A stretch of DNA of 64,000 nucleotides from an uncultured Acetobacteraceae bacterium (GTDB taxonomy: Bacteria > Pseudomonadota > Alphaproteobacteria > Acetobacterales > Acetobacteraceae). Position numbers and translations under genes: made by a program. Location of the stretch: positions 25,327-89,326 of the forward strand of contig CAXUHU010000003.1 in NCBI GenBank assembly GCA_964250925.1, given 5' to 3'. The notes beneath the pieces are model-generated. The model saw only the letters and a list, made by a program, of their open reading frames with translations. It did no database searches and was not told the origin of the DNA. Shown piece after piece: positions 1 through 10,868 of this stretch (positions are counted from its first letter, which is position 1; every line of letters starts with the position of its first letter).

Positions 1-4
1 GCCG

Positions 5-931
5 CTAAGGTCCCGTCGGGGCGCCGAGCAGCCGGCCCAAACCATCCTCCAGCACCGTGGCCGCCGCCAGGCCGAGCAGCGCCCGCGCCCGCGCCGGGGA
101 ACCCACCGAACGCCGTATGTCGCCCGAACGTCCAGGACCGTGGCCGAGCGGCATGTTGGTCCTGCACAGGCGGCCCAGCGTCTCAGCCAATGTCAGCACC
201 GAGGTCTCCCGCCCGGTGCACACGTTGCATACCCAGGCGCCTGGCGCACGGCCAAGATGCGCCATGGCACCCACCAGATGGGCTACCACGTCGGCCACGT
301 AGATGAAATCGCGCGTCTGCCCGCCGTCGCCGTGAACGCTGACCGGGGCGCCGCGCGCCATGCGGTCCGCAAATATGGAGATTACGCCGCTATAGGGCGA
401 AGCCGGGTCCTGCCGCGGCCCGTAAACATTGAAGAAGCGCAGGCCGAAGCTGGGCACGCCGTGAACGCCCCACCCCACGGCGGCATGCAATTCGGAACCG
501 TATTTGTCCGCGCCGTAGGCGGTCTGCGGCGCGGGCGGCAGCCCCTCATGCGCCACTGCGTCGCCGACATTGCCATACACGGCCGCCGACGACGCATAGA
601 CCACAGGGACGCGCCGCGCGCGGCAAGCATCCAGCACGGCGATCGTCCCGGTCAGGTTCACCCGATGCGTGCCGGCCCAATCCTCATTGCCACGCGCCAC
701 CGACGCGATTGCGGCTAGATGAAACACGCCATCCGCCTCGTCCAGCCCCTTGGCCACAGCGCGCGCGTCGCAGATGTCTGCTACGACGAGCCGTGCCCGC
801 GGGTCCAGATTGTGCCGGTTCCCGGTGGACAGGTCGTCCAGCACGCGCACGACGTGACCCGCTTGCAGCAGCGCGTCGGTAAGGTGCGAGCCGATGAAGC
901 CTGCGCCGCCGGTGACGAGGATAGTCGGCAT
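5..931 (-). CDS. NAD-dependent epimerase/dehydratase (UDP-glucose 4-epimerase-like)
   Basis: ILVTGGAGFIG Rossmann motif, YGADK (YxxxK) catalytic motif, RFFNVYGPRQ; start taken at ATG 931. Confidence 0.9.
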   Translation of the reverse strand: MPTILVTGGAGFIGSHLTDALLQAGHVVRVLDDLSTGNRHNLDPRARLVVADICDARAVAKGLDEADGVFHLAAIASVARGNEDWAGTHRVNLTGTIAVLDACRARRVPVVYASSAAVYGNVGDAVAHEGLPPAPQTAYGADKYGSELHAAVGWGVHGVPSFGLRFFNVYGPRQDPASPYSGVISIFADRMARGAPVSVHGDGGQTRDFIYVADVVAHLVGAMAHLGRAPGAWVCNVCTGRETSVLTLAETLGRLCRTNMPLGHGPGRSGDIRRSVGSPARARALLGLAAATVLEDGLGRLLGAPTGP

Positions 932-1045
932 ACGGCTGTCTCCGCTCGGTCGCTTAGCGCAACATCCTGCCATGAAATGCCGCGACATCAAAATTGCGTC
1001 AGACCGCGCTTTACCGCGGGGCAGGGCCGCCGGTAGAAGCGACCC

Positions 1046-2395
1046 ATGGCAGCACACGCGACCGCAGACAGCCAGGCCTGTGCCGTTATCCTCGCGGCCG
1101 GCCTGGGCACGCGGATGAAGTCGGCCTTACCCAAGGCTGCCCATGCCATCGCTGGCCAGCCGATGCTGCGCCACCTGCTGGACGCCGCCGAACAGGTTTT
1201 CGCGCGCGTTGCCGTGGTGGTCGGCCCCGAGATGAGGTCGCTTGCCAAGCTGGCCGCGCCGCACCCCACGGCCATTCAGCACGACCGCCTGGGTACGGCG
1301 CACGCCGCGCTGTGTGCCGCAGATTTTTTCGGCCACGGCGAGGTGGCTATCCTGTTTGCCGACAACCCGCTGATCCGCGCCGAAACCCTGGCGCGGCTGG
1401 TGGCCGAGCGGCGGGCCGGCGATGCGGGGCTGGCGCTGATGGCCATGCGCCCCGCCGACCCTGCCCGTTACGGCCGGCTGGTGGAGGCGGCGGGCGAACA
1501 CGGGCCCACCATCACCCGCATCGTCGAATGGGCCGACGCCAGCGAGGCCGAACGAGCCATCCCGCTGTGCAACGCCGGTGCGCTGTGTGGCCCCGCGGAC
1601 CGCCTGCTCGGCTGGCTGCGCCAGATCAGGCCAGACAACGCAAAGGGCGAATACTACCTGACCGACCTGGTGCGGCTGGCCGTGCGCGACGGCGCGCGCG
1701 TCATCGCCGTCCAAGCGCCGGAAGACGAGTTGCGCGGCATCAATGCGCGGTCCGAACTGGCTGCGGCCGAGGCGGTGGTGCAGCATCGCCTGCGCCAGGC
1801 AGCAATGGCTGGCGGCGCGACGTTGACCGCGCCGGAGACCGTATTCTTCAGCCACGACACACAGCTTGGCCCCGACACGGTGGTGGGTCCGCACGTGGTG
1901 TTCGGCCCCGGCGTGCGTGTGGACGGCCCGGCCGAGATACGGGCGTTCAGCCATCTCGAAGGCGCCCACGTGCAGGCCGGCGCGGTGGTCGGCCCCTATG
2001 CCCGCCTGCGGCCCGGCACTGTGGTGGGGCCGGGGGCCCATGTCGGCAACTTCGTTGAGCTGAAGGCGGCGACGTTGGGCGCCGGCGCCAAGGCGAACCA
2101 CCTCAGCTACCTGGGCGACGCGGCCATCGGTGCCGGCGCCAACATCGGCGCCGGCACCATCACCTGCAACTACGATGGTTTCGACAAGCACCGCACCATC
2201 ATCGGCGAGCGTGTGTTCGTGGGATCGGATTCGGTGCTGGTGGCGCCTGTGACGGTGCATGACGGCGCGTTCGTGGCGGCCGGCAGCGTGATCACGCAGG
2301 ATGTTCCGCAGGACGCGATGGGGTTCGGCCGCGCGCGTCAAGTTAACGCGCCCGGCCGCGCTGCCGCCTTCCGCGCGACACGGAGCAAGACATGA
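1046..2395 (+). CDS. glmU: Bifunctional UDP-GlcNAc pyrophosphorylase / glucosamine-1-P N-acetyltransferase
   Basis: VILAAGLGTRMKS, GEYYLTD, hexapeptide repeats, NYDG; adjacent to glmS. Confidence 0.97.
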   Translation: MAAHATADSQACAVILAAGLGTRMKSALPKAAHAIAGQPMLRHLLDAAEQVFARVAVVVGPEMRSLAKLAAPHPTAIQHDRLGTAHAALCAADFFGHGEVAILFADNPLIRAETLARLVAERRAGDAGLALMAMRPADPARYGRLVEAAGEHGPTITRIVEWADASEAERAIPLCNAGALCGPADRLLGWLRQIRPDNAKGEYYLTDLVRLAVRDGARVIAVQAPEDELRGINARSELAAAEAVVQHRLRQAAMAGGATLTAPETVFFSHDTQLGPDTVVGPHVVFGPGVRVDGPAEIRAFSHLEGAHVQAGAVVGPYARLRPGTVVGPGAHVGNFVELKAATLGAGAKANHLSYLGDAAIGAGANIGAGTITCNYDGFDKHRTIIGERVFVGSDSVLVAPVTVHDGAFVAAGSVITQDVPQDAMGFGRARQVNAPGRAAAFRATRSKT

Positions 2396-2411
2396 GGACG
2401 TGCCAATTATT

Positions 2412-2480
2412 AGAAGTCCTTGGTTTCTTTTCTTCAGAAAACAAAGTTTTTCTTTCTGAAGAAAGAAGCGAAGACTTTTG
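2412..2480. repeat. AT-rich imperfect palindromic intergenic repeat, copy 1
   Basis: Arms AAGTCCTTGGTTTCTTTTCTTCAGAAA and TTTCTGAAGAAAGAAGCGAAGACTT are near reverse complements; a related copy lies at 46578-46660. Confidence 0.75.
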
Positions 2481-2498
2481 TTTGTTCGGGCTTCGCTG

Positions 2499-4325
<1,827 letters not shown>

Positions 4326-4348
4326 CAGCCGGCCTGCATCTCCACTTC

Positions 4349-4411
4349 TGTTCCGGACAATTAAGTCCGCTAGTCGCGTCGAAAATCGGCTACTTACGCA
4401 AAAGTCGGCTA
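4349..4411 (+). repeat. glmS-proximal transposon end with three closely spaced TnsB-type sites
   Basis: AAGTCCGCTA (4363-4372), AAATCGGCTA (4383-4392), AAGTCGGCTA (4402-4411); period 19-20 bp. Confidence 0.85.
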
Positions 4412-4665
4412 GTATGTGGCCGGGTGTTGCGGCCAACGTTACCGGCGAGCGACTTGTTCAGCAGCTGGACAACGAACTCGGTTCGGTGATGACGATCGAG
4501 GCGGTCTCGCAGGCTATGTTCAGCGGCAGATACGTCTCCGCCGTCAGCGCCGACGGCACTTCCACAACGGGCTTGCTCGGTATCAGGTAGCAGCCGCCAC
4601 CATGCGCGACGCGCGGTGAGCGCCGCTATCGACGGGCAGTTTTGCGCCTTGGTAAAGTCGGTGCC

Positions 4666-5601
4666 ATGTCCGAGTCTGCTCACCCATTTGATCATCCTAA
4701 ATACGGCTTCTTGCTGGGTGTTCTTGGGCTGTGTGGTGTGGGGCTATCATTAATGGCGCCTGACCTCTTTTGGTTTGGCGCAGTTATTTGTTACGCGTGC
4801 GCCATCTTAACGTTAGTTCGCTATTGGCCTGATCTCTTCAGAGTCAAGCAAAGAATTGCAACTCTAGATGTAGGAGGAGAAGCAGCGGTGGTTATCGTTG
4901 CATTGATGTTGGAAGTGTTTCTGCCCAGCTATTTGATATATGTTCGATATCAAAAGCCTACTAGGCTTCTGGCCTCCGTTGAATCATCGTTAACTGTTCA
5001 ACCGGCCGTGAAAACAGCTGAGTCGTTGGACAATTATGACTTTAATGAAATTCTTCCAGGCTACGCATATTTTATGGCAGCTAGAATAAACCAATTGAAC
5101 GGTCGAATAAAGCAGCCCATTTTCGATATAGAATTCGGCGCTATAAAAATAGTTTTTTATGCCACAACGAGCAACATGTTCCGCTTTTCTGTCATAGACT
5201 CCCATAACGACGAACATTCTACAGACATAAACCTTGGTTACGATGGTGTTAGAGTTGGAGTGCCAAAACTGTTATTTTTTGAGGTTGGGTCTGGGACAGA
5301 CTATTCAGTCATGAGAGTCTGTTCGGATGGAGTTGAGGTCTCCCGTAGAACCTTTTCGTTTCCGATAGACTTTGGCGATAGAAGGCTTAAGTCTTTTGGC
5401 GGTTCAGATTTCGACATGACTGAAATGATTTCGTTTTCAAGCACACTAGACAGATTGACTTTGAAGACCGTATCGCAACGCGCAGCAACGATGCTTCATT
5501 TACATACAAGTCCTCTAGCTGTAGTCCCTCCAACCCGAAGGCAGCCAAAGCAGCCAGGAGAAATGTCGCTGCAAACGTCCCCCTTGCAAGCTTGCTGGTG
5601 A
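4666..5601 (+). CDS. Low-GC hypothetical membrane protein (N-terminal TM helices, beta-rich C-terminal domain)
   Basis: Long ORF with clearly lower GC than its flanks; about three hydrophobic segments; 3' end probably extended by the 4-bp duplication at 5501-5508. Confidence 0.7.
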   Translation: MSESAHPFDHPKYGFLLGVLGLCGVGLSLMAPDLFWFGAVICYACAILTLVRYWPDLFRVKQRIATLDVGGEAAVVIVALMLEVFLPSYLIYVRYQKPTRLLASVESSLTVQPAVKTAESLDNYDFNEILPGYAYFMAARINQLNGRIKQPIFDIEFGAIKIVFYATTSNMFRFSVIDSHNDEHSTDINLGYDGVRVGVPKLLFFEVGSGTDYSVMRVCSDGVEVSRRTFSFPIDFGDRRLKSFGGSDFDMTEMISFSSTLDRLTLKTVSQRAATMLHLHTSPLAVVPPTRRQPKQPGEMSLQTSPLQACW

Positions 5602-5746
5602 TAGACGCCTCCGTTTTCTCTAATCCGTGCTCCTTTAGTCGTTCAGCAAGTTGTGTGTAGGTCACACCAGCTCTCTTCATTTCCGCTTTGAGAAATCTGC
5701 TGGCCTTGCCAGCAAGCTCTTTCTCCGTTTCCGCCCACGACACCAT
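5387..5746 (-). CDS. DUF6471-like small HTH-type DNA-binding protein (C-terminally extended)
   Basis: FLKAEMKRAGVTYTQLAERL...SKLARGTFAATFLL pattern; GGAGG RBS before ATG 5746. Confidence 0.75.
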   Translation of the reverse strand: MVSWAETEKELAGKASRFLKAEMKRAGVTYTQLAERLKEHGLEKTEASITSKLARGTFAATFLLAALAAFGLEGLQLEDLYVNEASLLRVAIRSSKSICLVCLKTKSFQSCRNLNRQKT

Positions 5747-5780
5747 CCCCCTCCGGCTGGTGGGGAGCCGGGAGTGGAAA

Positions 5781-7469
5781 TTAGGCCAGCAGGCCGTGCA
5801 ACGCGGCCACTACTTGCGCCCCTTCGCCGACGGCTGCCGCCACGCGCTTGGTCGATCCGGCCCGTACGTCGCCGATCGCGAAGATCCCCGGCACGCTGGT
5901 CTCCAGCGGTGACGGCTGGCGGCCGGCGGCCGTCCATACGTCGGCGTCGGCCTGGGCGCCGGTGATGACGAAGCCTTTCGCATCGATGGCCACAGTGCAT
6001 CCGGACAGCCAGTCGGTGTTCGGATCGGCGCCGATGAACAGGAACAGGTGCCGCAACGGACCGGTCCAGACGCCGCGCGTGTCGCGATTGCGGAAGCTCG
6101 CCTCGGTCAGGCCGCCCTCGGCATCGCCCGCCAGCGCCGCTATCTCGGTCCGCGTGTGTATGGTGACGTTCGGCAGCGCGGCGATGCGGTCGATCAGGTA
6201 GCGCGACATGGACGCTTCCAGCCCGTCTGCACGCACCACAAGGTGCAGGTGACGTACCCTGGGTGCCAGGAATGCCACCGCCTGGCCGGCGGAATTGCCC
6301 GCGCCGACCAGGGCGACATCCTCGCCGGCACACAGCTTGGCTTCGACCGGCGAGGCCCAGTAGGACACGCCCGCCCCGTCGAACAGGTCGAGGTTGGCGA
6401 TGTCCGGACGGCGGTAGCGTGCGCCGGACGCGATCACCACGCTCCGCGCCCGTACGCTGCTGCCGTTCGTCAGATGGAGCAGGAAGGGATCGCCCGCCCG
6501 GCGAGCCTGGCCACCGCACTCGAGGCGCTGCACCATGAGCGGAACGGCGATCTCGGCGCCGAATTTCTGCGCCTGGGTGAACGCGCGCGCCATCAGCGCC
6601 AGGCCGGTGATGCCGGTGGGGAAGCCCAGGTAATTCTCGATTCGGGCCGAGGCGCCGGCCTGCCCGCCGAACGCCCTCGCCTCCAGCACGATCACCGACA
6701 GCCCCTCGGAAGCGGCATACACGGAAGCGGCCATGCCGCCAGGTCCGGCGCCCACAATCGCCACGTCGTAAACGCGCGTGGGATCGAGCTCCGGCGTGAT
6801 CCCCAGACAGGCGGCGACCTCCGCCTCGCTCGGTCGCTTCAGCACCTGGCCGCTAGGACAGACCACCACCGGTAGGTCGTCCGCATGCAGGCCGAGGCGC
6901 TCGGCCAACGCCAACCCGTCGGCCTCCGCGTCCAGCACCGTCATCGGATAGCCGTTGCGCGCGAGGAAGCCTTCGATGCGGGTCAGCGCAGGCGATTGGG
7001 GGCGGCCCACCAGCACCGAGCCGGCGCTGCCCTGGGCGATCAGCGACGTACGTCGCAGGATGAAGGCGCGCATCAGCATCTCGCCCAATTCCGCCGAGCC
7101 GATCAGCAGCGCGCGCAGATGGGCGGCGTCGAACGACACGGCCTCGCAGCCGCCCGCATCCGCGCGTCCCTCAGCCAGCGCGGGACGGCCGGCGAGCTGG
7201 CTGACCTCGCCGGTGACGGCGCCCGGTCCGTGGCGGGTGATGACGGTGCCGCTCCCATCCGGCCCGCCGCGGCTGACCACCACGTGGCCGGACAGCACGA
7301 GAAAGGCAGGCGCGTTGCGCTCGCCAACGGCGAACAGGGTTTCCCCGGCCGCATAGCGTGTGGGCTGGCCGGAGGCGAAGCGACGCGCGACGTCGATCTG
7401 CGCAGGCGTCAGGACTGGAAACATCTGTGCCGAGCGGTCGCCCTGCGACCCGGGGCTGGCGGATATCAT
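5781..7469 (-). CDS. Cyclic-nucleotide-binding domain plus thioredoxin-reductase-like FAD oxidoreductase
   Basis: N-terminal cNMP-binding domain (GEVSQLAGRP), then IVGAGPGG, SARIENYLGFP, VGAGNSAGQ, AIGDVRAGS. Confidence 0.9.
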   Translation of the reverse strand: MISASPGSQGDRSAQMFPVLTPAQIDVARRFASGQPTRYAAGETLFAVGERNAPAFLVLSGHVVVSRGGPDGSGTVITRHGPGAVTGEVSQLAGRPALAEGRADAGGCEAVSFDAAHLRALLIGSAELGEMLMRAFILRRTSLIAQGSAGSVLVGRPQSPALTRIEGFLARNGYPMTVLDAEADGLALAERLGLHADDLPVVVCPSGQVLKRPSEAEVAACLGITPELDPTRVYDVAIVGAGPGGMAASVYAASEGLSVIVLEARAFGGQAGASARIENYLGFPTGITGLALMARAFTQAQKFGAEIAVPLMVQRLECGGQARRAGDPFLLHLTNGSSVRARSVVIASGARYRRPDIANLDLFDGAGVSYWASPVEAKLCAGEDVALVGAGNSAGQAVAFLAPRVRHLHLVVRADGLEASMSRYLIDRIAALPNVTIHTRTEIAALAGDAEGGLTEASFRNRDTRGVWTGPLRHLFLFIGADPNTDWLSGCTVAIDAKGFVITGAQADADVWTAAGRQPSPLETSVPGIFAIGDVRAGSTKRVAAAVGEGAQVVAALHGLLA

Positions 7470-7589
7470 GGCCTTGGCACGACCTGGCGCGCGGGCCGGT
7501 CAGGTTCCCTTTGGCGTAATTGCATGGTGACGTCCCCCGATTGGTCGGTCCGCATCTTGGCCGCAGGCCGGCGTCGATCCAAGCCAAGC

Positions 7590-7879
7590 CTAGCCTTGAG
7601 ACACGCTCTCCGCGTCGCGGAAGCCGACCGGCTGGGCGTGGAGTTGCAAAACCTGTCCGCAATCCGATCGGGGTCGTACGTCGTGCCGGGCTGGATCTGC
7701 CCCGCGACGGTCACGGTCGCGACGTGAATGCCCTCGGGCGCCAGCTCCTTATGGAGCGTCTGCGCCAGACTCCGCAGGCCCGCCTTGCCGATCGCCAGCG
7801 ACGCGACGGCCAGCCAGCCGGTCGGGTCCAGCGCGAGGCCGCCGCCGACGATGACCGCCCGCTTCGTGTCGGGGCTCAT
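7590..7879 (-). pseudogene. SDR oxidoreductase remnant (internal deletion plus frameshift)
   Basis: N-terminal KRAVIVG joined directly to the C-terminal half (GGLALDP...IGKAGLRSLAQTL...GIHVATVTV); frameshift near 7647. Confidence 0.7.
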
Positions 7880-8544
7880 GCGCCCGCTTCGGCTGGCGAA
7901 GCGGCTGGCGCATCGCGCAGCAGCGCCGCGCCGATCCGCGCCCCCATGCCCTGCCTGTAGGCGAGCTGGACCAGCAGCATGCCCAACGGCTCGGTGTATC
8001 GCGCCAGACTTAACGGCCCGGCATCGACGCCGTCGGCATCGATTTCGGCCACCAGGCCGAGCACCAGCGCACGAGCCGCCGCGTCATCGCCGCAGACGAA
8101 CACGCTGGGTCGGACGCTTCCAAGCTGGGTAGATGGCGAGTGCAGCACCTCGGCGAAGGGCGGGATGGCCTTCACCACGCGGGCGCCCGGCGCCGCGCGC
8201 GCCACCTCCTCGCCCGCCGAGGTGGACGTGCCGATCTCCAGCCCGCTCATGTCGGGCTTCAGCGGATTGGTCGCGTCCCACACAACGCGATCCGCCAGCG
8301 CCGGCGCCACTCCCCGCACCGCATCCAGCGTGACACCCCAAGGTGTGGCGAGGACGACCACATCACCGAACCGCGCGGCTTCCTCCGGCGAACCGGATCG
8401 GGTGTCGTCGCCGATCAGCCGCGCGGCCGCCTCCAGGCCGTCCTGGCTGCGGGAAAAGCTGACCACGATCCGGTGCCCTCTTGCAGCCAGCCGCTTGCCG
8501 ATGCCCGTGCCGACGTTGCCGGCACCAATGATGCCGATGTTCAC
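7876..8544 (-). CDS. NADP oxidoreductase, F420-dependent NADP reductase family
   Basis: MNIGIIGAGNVG, VVLATPW, DATNPL, VVKAIP. Confidence 0.85.
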   Translation of the reverse strand: MNIGIIGAGNVGTGIGKRLAARGHRIVVSFSRSQDGLEAAARLIGDDTRSGSPEEAARFGDVVVLATPWGVTLDAVRGVAPALADRVVWDATNPLKPDMSGLEIGTSTSAGEEVARAAPGARVVKAIPPFAEVLHSPSTQLGSVRPSVFVCGDDAAARALVLGLVAEIDADGVDAGPLSLARYTEPLGMLLVQLAYRQGMGARIGAALLRDAPAASPAEAGA

Positions 8545-9014
8545 GGCCGTGTTCCCAGCAGCAGGGGCGCCATGGCCGGCGCCTGCCAGGTCTCATACAT
8601 CAGCGGGTTCAGCCCGCCGACCCAATTCTCCACCAGCTTGCCGTCGTCGAAGCGCATCAGGTGCAGTTCGCAGAAGGTGAAGCGTTTGTTGGTGGCGGCG
8701 ATCCCGTTCAGCGATCCGGTATTGTCCGCCGATGCCTCGAACCGGGCCATGACCCTGCCGTCGACGAGTGCCGCGATATCCTTGATCTCCATCCGCCCGT
8801 TGCTGAACGCGGTGCCCAATGTGGCGCCCAGCACGCGGCCATACGCGTCGCGGCCGACGATCTTCCCGTCCGGCTTCAGGCCCGTATCGACGACCACGTG
8901 TTCCGCCACCACGTCCGCCATCGCAGCCGGATCGCCACCGCCCAGCACGCCCTCGACGAAGCGCCGGGCCGCGGCGAGATTGCGGGAAACGGTATCAGGA
9001 TCGACCGGCATCAT
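8541..9014 (-). CDS. SnoaL-like ester cyclase (NTF2 fold)
   Basis: ARRFVEGVL...NTGSLNGIAATNKRF...RFDDGKLVENW; start uncertain (9014 or 9065). Confidence 0.75.
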   Translation of the reverse strand: MMPVDPDTVSRNLAAARRFVEGVLGGGDPAAMADVVAEHVVVDTGLKPDGKIVGRDAYGRVLGATLGTAFSNGRMEIKDIAALVDGRVMARFEASADNTGSLNGIAATNKRFTFCELHLMRFDDGKLVENWVGGLNPLMYETWQAPAMAPLLLGTRP

Positions 9015-9084
9015 CCGGGATGTCTCCAACGTTGCGGGATGAGCGCGGGCGATCGGAACGGCCATGACCTTGGTCTGGACGGGG

Positions 9085-9909
9085 TCATTGCGATGCGAGC
9101 TCCTGGGCCACGGCGGCGGCATTCATCTCGATCAGCCCGTCGAGCGGCCAGCCGTCCCGCCCCTGGCGGGTCTCCATGACGAGGCGCGCCATCTCGCCCG
9201 GAGCGACCCCGCCATCCCGAGCCACGGCAGCGACGCGCTTGCGGAAGTCTTGGATGTAGCGGCGCTGCATTTCGAACAGGCTACGGTCGCCTTGCGCGCC
9301 ATGGCCGGCGAATACCACCTTGCAGCCACCGAATCTTGCCTCCATCACATCCAGCTGCTCGAGCCAACGCCTGGTGCCGTGTTCGGCCAGCCAAGGGTGG
9401 CAGCCGTTGTAGATGAGGTCGGAGGCGATCAGCGCGTCGGCGCCGGGGACGTGGACCGCCGTGTTGTCCAGCGCGCTCTCGAAACCACCCAAATCTAGAA
9501 GCCGCAGCTCCATCCCAGCGAGGTCCAGCACCGCATCAGGTCCCAGGGGATGGTCGGGAAGCGCATCATCCTTCGGGTAGTCGTCGCCGTAGACCGGGGT
9601 CCACGCCTCGCGCTTCTGCGCCCGGGTCGCGCGGATGCCCGCGATGGTGGGCTCGGTGGCGAACACGGGGATGGCACCGCGCCCCGCCAGCACCAGCGGC
9701 AAACCGTTGAAGTGGTCAGGATGGGGATGGGTGACGATCACCGCGGCCAGCTTCTTGCCGAGCGCGTCCAGCCGGGCGATCAGCCTCCGCGTCGACGAGA
9801 TGACGAAGTGCGTATCCACAAGCACGACCTCGCGCTCTCCCTCGATCAGAAAGGCGTTCACGAAGAACGTGTCGGCGTCAGCCGCGACGGCGTGGATCCG
9901 CGGCGTCAT
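9085..9909 (-). CDS. MBL-fold metallo-hydrolase
   Basis: THPHPDH metal motif, ASDL, AGHG; ATG overlaps the upstream stop (ATGA). Confidence 0.88.
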   Translation of the reverse strand: MTPRIHAVAADADTFFVNAFLIEGEREVVLVDTHFVISSTRRLIARLDALGKKLAAVIVTHPHPDHFNGLPLVLAGRGAIPVFATEPTIAGIRATRAQKREAWTPVYGDDYPKDDALPDHPLGPDAVLDLAGMELRLLDLGGFESALDNTAVHVPGADALIASDLIYNGCHPWLAEHGTRRWLEQLDVMEARFGGCKVVFAGHGAQGDRSLFEMQRRYIQDFRKRVAAVARDGGVAPGEMARLVMETRQGRDGWPLDGLIEMNAAAVAQELASQ

Positions 9910-10829
9910 GTCGACACCTTGGTGGCAAGCGTGTCGCGCCCCAGCAGCAGCGCCCCGGCTGCGCCGACCACCACCCGCACCAGCTTGGCGGGCTCGAGCT
10001 CGTCGGGCAGCACCGTCATCGTGCCGCCGGTCGTGGTGACGTAGACGGCGTGGCGGTCCGCCGGCCCGCGGCCGAACGCCACCGCGGTGGCGCCGAGCAT
10101 GCCGTGCGCCGCCCCGGCCAGCGTAGTCCGCGAGCCGTCGGCCGCCAGCCGCACGAGAGAGCGCGCCGGGTGGGTGGCGATGTAGAGCGCGCCCGCCGTG
10201 TCGATGGCGAAGTCGTCGGCGCGCAGCCGCTCGGCATAGACTTCGAGCGGGCCTGCCATCCCGCCCGCGATCGGCGCCCGGTAAATCGTGTCGGTGCCGG
10301 TGACCGATATGTAGGCGTGCCCGGCGAAGATCTTGACTCCGTTCGCGCCGGGCGTGCCGGAGGCGTCGGCGGGTGCCAACCGGGGATCGGCAAGCCAGGT
10401 TGCGACGGTGCCATTTGCGGGATCGACCACGTGGATCAGCCCGGCGACCGAGTCGGCGACCAGGAAGCGCCCGCCCAGCGGCGTCACACCGTTGAGGAAC
10501 GCCGCATCGGGCAGGCTTGCCAGGTGCGAGACGACGCCATCCGCCGCCACACGCCAGATCACGCCTGGGCGCTGTCCCGGCGTGCCGCCGCTCACGATGA
10601 GCGATCCGTCCGCGGCAAAGGCAAGCCCCGCCACGGGCGTGTCGAACCGCGCGAACGGCGTGATCGTCCCGGTTGCCGGATCGACGCGGACGACGGCCCT
10701 GTCGGTGTGCAGCGTGACGAAAATCATCCCGGCCGGGTCGACTGCGATGTTCTCGACGAAGCTGCCTTTCGGCCACGTCGCCACGACCGTGGCTGGGGCG
10801 AAGGCGATGTTGCCGCCATCATGCTGCAT
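9906..10829 (-). CDS. SMP-30/gluconolactonase-like beta-propeller protein
   Basis: ENIAV, FLNGVT, ANGVK, ADDFAID blade motifs. Confidence 0.8.
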   Translation of the reverse strand: MQHDGGNIAFAPATVVATWPKGSFVENIAVDPAGMIFVTLHTDRAVVRVDPATGTITPFARFDTPVAGLAFAADGSLIVSGGTPGQRPGVIWRVAADGVVSHLASLPDAAFLNGVTPLGGRFLVADSVAGLIHVVDPANGTVATWLADPRLAPADASGTPGANGVKIFAGHAYISVTGTDTIYRAPIAGGMAGPLEVYAERLRADDFAIDTAGALYIATHPARSLVRLAADGSRTTLAGAAHGMLGATAVAFGRGPADRHAVYVTTTGGTMTVLPDELEPAKLVRVVVGAAGALLLGRDTLATKVST

Positions 10830-10868
10830 GGCCGGCCTCCTTTCGGGCGGCTGCGATATCGAACGGCA

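Noticed and set aside
2396-2498. glmS ribozyme upstream of glmS
   Set aside because: The region is a short AT-rich palindrome shared with the purF locus and lacks the ribozyme's size and core; the ribozyme is mainly found in Firmicutes.
4412-4640. Possible tnsA remnant just inside the glmS-proximal end
   Set aside because: No frame shows TnsA-like motifs that I can recognise; only short nondescript ORFs.
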